Assembly: GCA_050247195.1 (NCBI GenBank)
Contig: JBFWUP010000001.1
Location: 661,687-725,686 of the forward strand
Length of the DNA: 64,000 bases
Direction of reading: 5' to 3'
From: Candidatus Melainabacteria bacterium
Lineage (GTDB): Bacteria; Cyanobacteriota; Vampirovibrionia; Vampirovibrionales; Vampirovibrionaceae
Shown here piece after piece: positions 40,431 through 48,523 of this stretch. A program made the translations under genes and the position numbers. Positions within the stretch are counted from its first letter, which is position 1; the number at the start of each line of letters is the position of its first letter. Below the pieces are notes generated by a model, which made no database searches, was not told the DNA's origin, and worked only from the letters and a program-made list of their open reading frames with translations.

Positions 40431-41475
40431 ACCCATCATTGCCAGGCTGCTGGTCATCCGCTTTGGGGCCATGGGGGATCTGCTCCATGTTGCCCCCTCG
40501 CTGGCGGCGGTGGGTCGCGTTTCGCCGCAAACGGAAATTCATGTGCTGACCGCCCCGCTGTATGAACCGCTGATGCAGGCGCTGCCCGATGTGGCCCGGG
40601 TATGGACCTGGGATAAAGCCACCGGCTGGCCCGGGTTGTGGCGGCTGGCCGGCCCGCTTCGGGTGCAGGGGTTTGAGGCGGTGGTGAATCTGCACCCGTC
40701 ACTGCGGACCTGGCTGTTCAGCCACTGGGTGGGCGCCGCGCGCCAGGCGACCTACCGCAAGGAAAAGCTTGCCCGGCGCGGAGCGGCCCAGCGGTCCCTC
40801 ACCCGTCTGCATGCCGTGGATGACTTTGCCCGGCCCTTTCGTCATCTGTTTGCGGCAATGGGCGACCTGAGGCCGCCGACCCTGCCGGTACACCCGCTTT
40901 CCCCGGATCTCTCTCGCTCAGGCCGATGGATCGGCCTCATTCCGGGTGTGGGGCATCACCGTGCCAACCGGGCATGGCCGCAGCCAACCTGGCAGGAACT
41001 GATGCACGGCCTGACGGGTCTGGATCCGGACCTGAACCTGGTTCTTCTGGGCGGGCCGGATGAAGCCGGTCTGGCCGGGCAGTTGAGAGACGCCCTGCCG
41101 CCAGCGCTCCGGGCGCGTGTCACTGTTGCCTGTGGTCCGCAGAGCATACTGGAGACGGCGGCGATGATGGCCGCGTGTGAGCTGGTGGTGGGTGGCGATA
41201 CGGGCCCCCTGCATCTGGCTGCGGCTGCGGGGGTGCCGGTGATTGGGCTGTATGGCCCCACCAGCGCGCAACGGACCGGCCCTCGGGGCGTGAACGCCCT
41301 GAATACCGAACTGACACCGCCCACAGAACTGGCCTGCTGGCCCTGTGAGGCACCCTTCTGCCCGCTGCGCGGAGCGGAGGAACTGGCCTGCATGCGCGAG
41401 ATGACGCCGGCGTCCGTGCTGGCCGCATGTCGCCGTGTTCTGGCCGGGGAACAGCAAAAAGCCCTGGGCTGGTAG
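40423..41475 (+). CDS. GT9 LPS heptosyltransferase (WaaF-like)
   Basis: RFGAMGDLL, GGDTGPLHLA and GLYGPT motifs. Confidence 0.92.
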   Translation: MAEPIIARLLVIRFGAMGDLLHVAPSLAAVGRVSPQTEIHVLTAPLYEPLMQALPDVARVWTWDKATGWPGLWRLAGPLRVQGFEAVVNLHPSLRTWLFSHWVGAARQATYRKEKLARRGAAQRSLTRLHAVDDFARPFRHLFAAMGDLRPPTLPVHPLSPDLSRSGRWIGLIPGVGHHRANRAWPQPTWQELMHGLTGLDPDLNLVLLGGPDEAGLAGQLRDALPPALRARVTVACGPQSILETAAMMAACELVVGGDTGPLHLAAAAGVPVIGLYGPTSAQRTGPRGVNALNTELTPPTELACWPCEAPFCPLRGAEELACMREMTPASVLAACRRVLAGEQQKALGW

Positions 41476-41508
41476 CCAGGGCTTTTATCAGTGGGTATTG
41501 CCGGGGCG

Positions 41509-41778
41509 TCAGGCGCTGGCGGCGCTGAGGGCCTTGGCGGCGCGGGCCTTGTAACGGGCGCCGGTATTCTTTTTCAGGATGCCCTTCAGCACGCCGCGGT
41601 CCACCAGACTGTACACCTCGCTCAGGAGGGTGGTCTGATCCTTCTGTTCGGCGCTGGTTTTCACGGCTTCCAGCAGTTTTTTAATGGCGGTGCGCATGCT
41701 GGATTTAAAGGCCACGTTGCGCTTGCGGTTGCGCTCGGCCACCAGAACACGTTTTTCAGCAGATTTAATATTTGGCAA
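41509..41778 (-). CDS. rpsT: 30S ribosomal protein S20
   Basis: PNIKSAEKR...RNVAFKSSMRTAIKK...KGILKKNTGARYK; TTG start with AAGGA SD. Confidence 0.96.
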   Translation of the reverse strand: MPNIKSAEKRVLVAERNRKRNVAFKSSMRTAIKKLLEAVKTSAEQKDQTTLLSEVYSLVDRGVLKGILKKNTGARYKARAAKALSAASA

Positions 41779-41813
41779 GGGTCCATTCCTTATGGGCAGT
41801 GAGGGGAAAAGTA

Positions 41814-41835
41814 CATCTTGTATACCATCAAGATG
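41814..41835. promoter_or_regulatory. Inverted repeat overlapping the probable rpsT -10 box
   Basis: CATCTTG-N8-CAAGATG; minus strand contains TGGTATACA. Confidence 0.35.
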
Positions 41836-42052
41836 TTTTGACCGCAAGGGTGGCCCGGGCGCCTTCCGGCCGGGTGATGACCCGTTCGGGGCCCGGCAGC
41901 CCGGGAAGGCTCCCCTCTGGATGGTTGATGTGCATTCTCCCCCAGACAAGGTAAGCTGAAAACAGGAAATGAGGTGGCAACCCGCCGCAGGGCCGGCCCG
42001 GATCCGGCAGGGACCCTGTGCAGCGCGGCGCCTGAGACAGGATTGCGAATGG

Positions 42053-43501
42053 ATGATGATCGGACTCACCCAGCTGAAAGGTGAGGAACCGGCCGAGCGG
42101 CCGGGGCATTCCGCCGTGGCTTCCGCCGGCCAGCAGGCGCCTGTGGATGACCTGATGCGCTGGGCCGGGACTCTGACAGACTCTCTAAGCGAGGCAATCG
42201 CCGCTTTCTGGGAGCAGCCGGTGGTGGTGCGGTTGTTTTCCGTCTCCGAGCGTCAGCTGTATTACTGGCGCCCCGATGATTTTTACGTCAGTCAGCTGGC
42301 GCTGGATGAAGCGCAGTCTGACGGCGAAACCGAGAGCCAGCACAATCTGGAGCTCAGATTGTCGGACGCTTTGTGTGAACGCTTCTTTACCCAGGTTCTG
42401 GGTCAAGCCCCACCGCGGATGGGGCTGTCCGGCAAGCCCACGGCCTTCTCATTTCAGTGGTTGAGCGATGTGGAGCAGGAGGTGCTGCAGGCCTTCTCCG
42501 CCAGCGTGTTGCGCTGGTCCGCAGCAAATCTGCTGAGAAAGAGCGCCAAAGCCCGCCCCGCCCGCCGGGGCTTGAAGCAGTCCCCGCCACCGACCGTTTA
42601 CATGGTGTGGCTGGTCAGCCTTGCCGGGTCTGCCGCGCCGGCCGGCAAACTGATTCTCTCGGCCCCTCTGCCGTCACTGGCCTGGGAATCCCCGGCAGCC
42701 GGCATGCCGGAAAAACAGCCCGCAGAGCCAACGACCCGCGGCGTCTCGGAGGCGGCGATTCTGGATGCCCTGTCCACCGTAACGCTCTCCCTGGGCAGCA
42801 CTCAGGCCTCACTGAGCGATCTTCAGCAGTTGTCCGCAGGCGACTGGGTGGTTCTGGAGAACAGCCGTATTCAGCGCATGGCGCTCCTGACGCCCGACGG
42901 GCCGGCAGAATTTCCCGTGATGCTGGCGCCGGCCACCATTGAAAACTATCACGTGGATCTCCCCGTGAATGCCCCGTTTGATGAAACCCGACAGGAGGTG
43001 TCCATGTCCCCTTCCGCCACAACGGCTTCCCAGCCGCTCTGGGATACGCTGATGATTGATGTGCGGGCGGAATTCGATCCGCTGCAGCTGCCTTTGCGCC
43101 AGATCCGCGAAATGGTTCAGGGTTCAGTCGTTCAGGTTGGCGATCTGCTGAGCACGCCGGTTCATCTGCGCCTGGATGACAGCACCCTGGCCACCGGCTC
43201 GCTGGTGATTGTGGGCGATCAGTTCGGCGTGCGGATTGACCAGATTCACGCCCAGATGCATGCACCGGCCGCTCAGACAGAGACTGCTGCGGGTGCGCCG
43301 GATTCGGCCGGCCCGATTACCGGCTCGGCCGTCGGCCAGATTCCCGGTCTGCCGGAGTCCCCGATGCCGCAGCAGGAGCAGGCCCAGGCGCCACCCCAGC
43401 CGGAAGGCCAGGCCGCGCCGGCGGAGACGCCGGCCGGGGGTGAGGAGGAGTTGTTTGACGCGGAAATGGATGACGACAATTTTGATGAGGATGACTGGTA
43501 A
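42053..43501 (+). CDS. FliM/FliN (SpoA-domain) switch or sorting-platform-like protein
   Basis: Two SpoA-like segments (LG....L.DL..L..GD.V.L and G.LV.VGDQFGVRI); first gene of the fliO-P-Q-R operon; acidic tail. Confidence 0.8.
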   Translation: MMIGLTQLKGEEPAERPGHSAVASAGQQAPVDDLMRWAGTLTDSLSEAIAAFWEQPVVVRLFSVSERQLYYWRPDDFYVSQLALDEAQSDGETESQHNLELRLSDALCERFFTQVLGQAPPRMGLSGKPTAFSFQWLSDVEQEVLQAFSASVLRWSAANLLRKSAKARPARRGLKQSPPPTVYMVWLVSLAGSAAPAGKLILSAPLPSLAWESPAAGMPEKQPAEPTTRGVSEAAILDALSTVTLSLGSTQASLSDLQQLSAGDWVVLENSRIQRMALLTPDGPAEFPVMLAPATIENYHVDLPVNAPFDETRQEVSMSPSATTASQPLWDTLMIDVRAEFDPLQLPLRQIREMVQGSVVQVGDLLSTPVHLRLDDSTLATGSLVIVGDQFGVRIDQIHAQMHAPAAQTETAAGAPDSAGPITGSAVGQIPGLPESPMPQQEQAQAPPQPEGQAAPAETPAGGEEELFDAEMDDDNFDEDDW

Positions 43502-43938
43502 TGGGCATGTTGCTGACCCAGACCACCTGGCATTACCTGGCGGCGTTCACCGTGTATACGGTGGCGGCAGTGGTGGTGATGTACATTATTTACTTTGCCG
43601 TTAAGCGGGATCCAGTCCGGCTGGCCCGCCTGCAGGCCATGGCCGGGGGCTCTGCCCACGGGGCGGCTTTGGGACAGTTACCGCCCAGTGCCAGGGTCTT
43701 TCCGGAAACCCTGCTGGCGGCCCTGAAGCATGGGCTGAAACGGCTGGACCTGAAAACCGGCGCTGCGGAGCGCCAGACGCCCCAACCCAGCCTGGTGATT
43801 GAAGAAGCCCGCATGCTGGATACGCTGAATACAGTGAGCGTGCTCCGTGTGGGTGAGGCGCGCTACCTGGTGGCCAGTGGTCCGCAGGGGGTCTCCCTGC
43901 TGACGCCACTGGATGCGACGAAACCTCAGGAAGGCTAG
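43501..43938 (+). CDS. FliO-like export protein
   Basis: N-terminal TM and C-terminal ...SVLRVGEARYLVASG..GVSLL FliO pattern; lies between the FliN-like gene and fliP. Confidence 0.7.
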   Translation: MGMLLTQTTWHYLAAFTVYTVAAVVVMYIIYFAVKRDPVRLARLQAMAGGSAHGAALGQLPPSARVFPETLLAALKHGLKRLDLKTGAAERQTPQPSLVIEEARMLDTLNTVSVLRVGEARYLVASGPQGVSLLTPLDATKPQEG

Positions 43939-43940
43939 TT

Positions 43941-44585
43941 TTGGACAGTTTTCTCAAAAGCATGGATCCTGCCCTGCAGCTGATCATTCTGATGTCGGCG
44001 CTCAGTCTGCTGCCCTTCATTGTGGTCAGCATGACCAGTTTCCTGCGCTACATCATTGTCCTGTCCATCCTCAAAACCGCGCTGGGCACCCAGCAGGTGC
44101 CGCCGGCCATCGTGCTGGTGGGCATGGCGCTCATTCTCACGGGTTATACCATGTCGCCTGTACTGGGGGAGATGTACGAAGCCGCCGCCCCGGCCCTGAA
44201 CAACAAGGCGCCCATCACCGAGGTGTTTGACCGGGGCAGCCGTCCTCTGAAAAACTTTATGATGCGCCAGACGCGCCAGGCCGATCTCGCCTTTTTTGTG
44301 GAGATGTCTCGCAAGGGAAAAATGCCGGAAAGCCCCGAACAGCTGACCCTGATGGAAGTGGCCCCCGCGTATATGATCAGCGAACTGCGGACGTCCTTTG
44401 AAATCGGGTTTGTGATTTTTATTCCCTTCATTGTTCTGGATCTCGTGGTGGCCAACATTCTGCTGGCGCTGGGGATGTTTATGTTGTCGCCAACCATCAT
44501 TTCCCTGCCGTTTAAAATTCTCATTTTTGTGGCGGTGGATGGCTGGGGTCTGATCATCAACGGCCTGGTCCAGAGTTTTAACTAG
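43941..44585 (+). CDS. fliP: Flagellar/type III export gate protein FliP
   Basis: TSFLRYIIVL, ALGTQQVPP, PAYMISELRTSFEIG, LGMFMLSP and LPFKILIFVAVDGW motifs. Confidence 0.97.
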   Translation: MDSFLKSMDPALQLIILMSALSLLPFIVVSMTSFLRYIIVLSILKTALGTQQVPPAIVLVGMALILTGYTMSPVLGEMYEAAAPALNNKAPITEVFDRGSRPLKNFMMRQTRQADLAFFVEMSRKGKMPESPEQLTLMEVAPAYMISELRTSFEIGFVIFIPFIVLDLVVANILLALGMFMLSPTIISLPFKILIFVAVDGWGLIINGLVQSFN

Positions 44586-44597
44586 GAAGCGCAACGG

Positions 44598-45125
44598 ATG
44601 GAAGTCCTCCTACTCGAACATGTCGGACACGGACTGGGGCTGATGCTCACCCTGTCGCTGCCCGCTGTGCTGCTGGCGGCCACCATCGGTCTGGTGGTGG
44701 GTATTATTCAGGCGGTCACCCAGGTGCAGGAACAAACCATTTCGGCGGCGCCGAAAATTCTGCTGGTGTTTATGCTCGTTATTTTTGGCGGCGGCCTCAT
44801 GGTGAACATGCTGAGTGACTACCTGCGTGAATCGTTTCACATTGCCTTTACCACCATTCCGCAGATGGAACAGATGGTGATGCCGCCCCTGGCCGGTGAT
44901 GAAGAACGCTCGCGTATCCGATCATTCTTTAAACGCCAGGTGGGCAGCACACGGGCGGATTTTGATGAGGCCGCCCGCATGCGGGACGGATTCAAACTGT
45001 CGGATCAGGCGATGGATGCCAACGGTAAGCGGGTGATCCCGAATGGCGGACGACCGGCCGCTGGTGGCCTGGGTATTGCCGAGCAGATGCGACTCAGACA
45101 GGATCAGAACAATGCGGGACGCTGA
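44598..45125 (+). CDS. fliQ: Export gate protein FliQ with C-terminal extension
   Basis: GLVVGIIQAVTQVQEQTISAAPK motif; about 85 extra hydrophilic residues after the FliQ core. Confidence 0.93.
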   Translation: MEVLLLEHVGHGLGLMLTLSLPAVLLAATIGLVVGIIQAVTQVQEQTISAAPKILLVFMLVIFGGGLMVNMLSDYLRESFHIAFTTIPQMEQMVMPPLAGDEERSRIRSFFKRQVGSTRADFDEAARMRDGFKLSDQAMDANGKRVIPNGGRPAAGGLGIAEQMRLRQDQNNAGR

Positions 45126-45130
45126 GACGC

Positions 45131-45955
45131 ATGTCGTTTGATGCCGCACTGAACGGCCTGGCGGGTCTTCTCAGCCAGTTTGCCCCCCAGCTGGATGCCA
45201 TGCTGCTGGTTTTCGCCCGGGTGCTGGCTTTCCTGGTGACCGGTCCCGTCTTTAACCGGCGCAACATTCCCATCGTGGTCAAGGTCTCCATGGCGGTTAT
45301 GCTGACCGGTTCGCTCTGGGGCAGTGTGTCCCTGGCGCATGCATTGCCCGCAACGGATGCGTTGTACGGGGCGTTTCACAAAGGCTATGCCAGCGTTTTT
45401 TACCTGCAGCTGGCCATGAACGTGACCGTGGGCGTGGTGATTGGTTTTATCGCCAGCATGGTGCTGGAGGTGATTTATTCAGCGGGCAACCTGATGAACA
45501 ACCAGATTGGTCTGTCATCGGCCGTGTTTTTTGATCCCGCCTCGGGCCGGCAGACCATGGTGCTGGAGTCGCTGTTCTCCTACATGGCCATTGTCACGTT
45601 TATGGAGCTGGGTGGTTTGCACTGGATGGTGCTGGCGCTGCAGAAGAGCTTTGTGACCTTTCCGCTGCTGTATACCCGTCAGCCTCTGTTTGAGGTGATT
45701 GACATGAGTTACTTTGTGGGCCTCTCCGGGGATGTGTTTACCGTGGCCGTGCAGATGATGGCGCCCGTTCTGGTGGTCACCATGGCGATGGACCTCATTC
45801 TGGGGATCGTGAACCGGGCCGCCCAGCAGATGCCCGTGTTTCAGCTGAGTTTTGCCCTGAAGCCGGCCGTGGGGGTGGCGGTTCTGCTGATGACGCTGCC
45901 CATCTTCGTGCAGACGATGGTGCACTTTCTGAGCGATTACGCCGACATTTTTTAG
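45131..45955 (+). CDS. fliR: Export gate protein FliR
   Basis: FARV..F....PVF, AG.LMN.QIGLS..FDP and RAAQQMPVF.L.F..K motifs. Confidence 0.95.
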   Translation: MSFDAALNGLAGLLSQFAPQLDAMLLVFARVLAFLVTGPVFNRRNIPIVVKVSMAVMLTGSLWGSVSLAHALPATDALYGAFHKGYASVFYLQLAMNVTVGVVIGFIASMVLEVIYSAGNLMNNQIGLSSAVFFDPASGRQTMVLESLFSYMAIVTFMELGGLHWMVLALQKSFVTFPLLYTRQPLFEVIDMSYFVGLSGDVFTVAVQMMAPVLVVTMAMDLILGIVNRAAQQMPVFQLSFALKPAVGVAVLLMTLPIFVQTMVHFLSDYADIF

Positions 45956-47244
45956 GCGAGATAGCGCCACCAGAGGTACAGTGAGGCGATGGCCAGCGAT
46001 TCCAGCATGATGACTGCGCCGACGGCCATAAACTGGAAAAACCCGATACGCTGGCCGCATTTGTAGGCGGCAATGTCGGCGGCCACCACGTTGGCGGTGG
46101 CGCCAATCAGCGAGCCGTTTCCGCCGAGGCAGGCGCCCAGGGACAATGCCCACCACAGTGGCTGAATGTTGTTGTAGTGACTGGCCAGGTTCTGCACCAG
46201 GGGGATCATGGTGGCCGTGTAGGGGATGTTGTCGATGACGGCCGACAGAATGCCTGAAACCCAGAGGAGGGTCATAGCGATCAGCGGGAAGTTGCCGTTG
46301 GTCAGCTGAAACAGCAGGTTGCCCAGGTAATCCAGGGTGCCCACCTGATCCACCGCCCCAACAATGATAAAGAGGCCGATAAAGAAGAAGATGGTATCCC
46401 ACTCCACATCATCCCAGATGCTCTTGGGGTCTTCAAACAGCATCAGGACGCTGGCGCCCGCCAGGGCGATTGTGCCCACCTCCAGGTGAATGGCGTGGTG
46501 GAGCACAAAGCCGCTCAGCACCAGACTGAGGACCAGCCCGGAGACGATCAGCAGACGCCGGTCCCGGATAACCCCCTCCAGGGACATATCGGCCAGCAGG
46601 CTGCGGGTTTCCGGGCTGATCTGCAACTGGTTGCGGTAGATCAGATACAGCGTCCCGAGGGCAACCGGGAGAATGACGGCGATGACCGGAGCGATATGGA
46701 TGAGGAAATCGTTAAAGGAGAGCCCGGCGCCGCTGGCGATGAGGATATTCGGTGGGTCGCCGATGAGGGTGGCCGTACCCCCGATATTGGAGACGATGAC
46801 CTCTGAAATGAGGAGCGGGATGGGGTTGATGCGCAGTTTTTCCGCCAGGGCGCAGCTGATGCTGGCCATAAACAACACAGTGGTGACGTTGTCCAGAAAG
46901 GCGGAGCAGATGGCCGTGATCATGCAGAGCATCACCATCAGCACACCGCCACGCCCCCGGGAAAGCCGTGCCGTGGCGTAAGCCAGCCATTCAAACGCGC
47001 CGGTTTGCTTCACGATGTTGACAATAATCATCATGCCCACCAGCAGGGCTATCACATTGAAATCCACGTGGTGCAGGGCTTGTTCCTGCGGCAGGATGCC
47101 CAGGATCATGACGGCCGAGGCGCCCAGCAGCGCCACCACCACTTTGGGGAAACGCTCCCAGATGAACAGGATGTAGACGCCGGCGAAAATCAGGTTGGCG
47201 ATCAGCTCGGCATGCGGTATGAGTGTGTGCGGGTGGTCAATCAT
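45952..47244 (-). CDS. ArsB/NhaD (SLC13-like) ion transporter
   Basis: SAFLDNVTT, SNIGGTATLIGDPPN, DNIP and GGNGSLIGATAN motifs. Confidence 0.92.
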   Translation of the reverse strand: MIDHPHTLIPHAELIANLIFAGVYILFIWERFPKVVVALLGASAVMILGILPQEQALHHVDFNVIALLVGMMIIVNIVKQTGAFEWLAYATARLSRGRGGVLMVMLCMITAICSAFLDNVTTVLFMASISCALAEKLRINPIPLLISEVIVSNIGGTATLIGDPPNILIASGAGLSFNDFLIHIAPVIAVILPVALGTLYLIYRNQLQISPETRSLLADMSLEGVIRDRRLLIVSGLVLSLVLSGFVLHHAIHLEVGTIALAGASVLMLFEDPKSIWDDVEWDTIFFFIGLFIIVGAVDQVGTLDYLGNLLFQLTNGNFPLIAMTLLWVSGILSAVIDNIPYTATMIPLVQNLASHYNNIQPLWWALSLGACLGGNGSLIGATANVVAADIAAYKCGQRIGFFQFMAVGAVIMLESLAIASLYLWWRYLA

Positions 47245-47282
47245 TGGCAGCGGACAGGGATGACAGTACAATCACTTGACGG

Positions 47283-48362
47283 ATGATGAGAGTATGGGCG
47301 TTGGTGACCCCCATCTTAACGCAGCCGGGCAGTGTCCCAAACCCAGGGCGGAAAAATTTGTTTGATTTGGAAGACAACCGGTCCTTTGAGGAGATTGGCG
47401 TTCAGCTGGTGAAGGAAGGCTCCCTCACGCTGGACTACATGATTCTGTCCTTTCTTTCGGCCATTATCGCCTCGTTCGGTCTGCTGCTCAACAGCAGCGC
47501 CATTATCATTGGCGCTATGATTCTGGCGCCGCTGATGACGCCCATTCTCTCCCTGTCTTTTTCAGGGCTGATTTACCGGCGTGATCTGATGATCCGTTCG
47601 GTAATCGCTATTGTGGTGGGAATTTTCATCGCCTGCAGCACCAGTTTTGTCATCGGTATTATTTTTTCGGGCGTTGGTCTCACCAGTGAAATTCTGGCGC
47701 GCACCAAGCCCAATATTATGGATCTGTTCGTGGCGCTGGCCGCCGGGTTTCTGGGTGGATATGTGATGATCCGCAAGCCCCTGGCCGAGAGCATGCCGGG
47801 GGTGGCCATCTCTATCTCCTTAATGCCGCCCCTGTGCGTAACGGGTATCGGCCTGGCCGTGGGAGAGCCCAATGTATTTGTGGGCGCCAGTCTGCTGTTT
47901 GTCACCAACCTGGCATGCATCGTGTTGAGCGGTTTGCTGGCCTTTCTGCTGGTGGACTTCAAGTATCTGGACAAAAAGTTCAAGGTCTTCACCTGGCCGG
48001 GCCTGGTGTCGCTTCTGCTGGCTGTGCCGCTGTTCTTTAATTTCTGGACGCTGACCGAAGAGGGCCGCCTGCGACGGGAGGTGACCCACCTGCTGCGCGA
48101 TAAGACTTATACCTTCCAGGATGTGGATATTGATAACCTGCAGATCGATCTCTATCAGAAGCCGATTCTGGTGACAGTGACGGTGAACACCACCCAGCCG
48201 GATTTCACCCCCAAACAGATCCGTCAGGTCAAACAGTATCTCACACGGTCTATCGGCCGTCCGGTCAGTTTGGTGGTGAATATCAGTCCGATCATCCGGA
48301 TGACCGATGCCGATGAGGAGCCCGTGTCGATGCCCATGGTGGAAAGCACCCTGGCTCGGTAA
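47283..48362 (+). CDS. DUF389 / TIGR00341-family membrane protein (start uncertain)
   Basis: IIGAMILAPLM, EILARTKP...DL.VALAAG and GVAISISLMPPL motifs. Confidence 0.92.
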   Translation: MMRVWALVTPILTQPGSVPNPGRKNLFDLEDNRSFEEIGVQLVKEGSLTLDYMILSFLSAIIASFGLLLNSSAIIIGAMILAPLMTPILSLSFSGLIYRRDLMIRSVIAIVVGIFIACSTSFVIGIIFSGVGLTSEILARTKPNIMDLFVALAAGFLGGYVMIRKPLAESMPGVAISISLMPPLCVTGIGLAVGEPNVFVGASLLFVTNLACIVLSGLLAFLLVDFKYLDKKFKVFTWPGLVSLLLAVPLFFNFWTLTEEGRLRREVTHLLRDKTYTFQDVDIDNLQIDLYQKPILVTVTVNTTQPDFTPKQIRQVKQYLTRSIGRPVSLVVNISPIIRMTDADEEPVSMPMVESTLAR

Positions 48363-48523
48363 GATCCTCCGTTTGCAGGAGTTACCAATATTCTCGCTGT
48401 AACGGGTTACTGGACAAAAGAGGCCCCTCTTTTCACAGGATCTACCCCATTGGGGGGGTCTCTTTGGCTTGGAAAATCGATATTTTGGATAGTAGACCCC
48501 AAACTTAATCAGGAGCACAGTCC

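Noticed and set aside
41985-42030. SRP (4.5S) RNA suggested by CAGG...GCAGC
   Set aside because: Lacks the conserved GGAA-tetraloop helix 8 arrangement.
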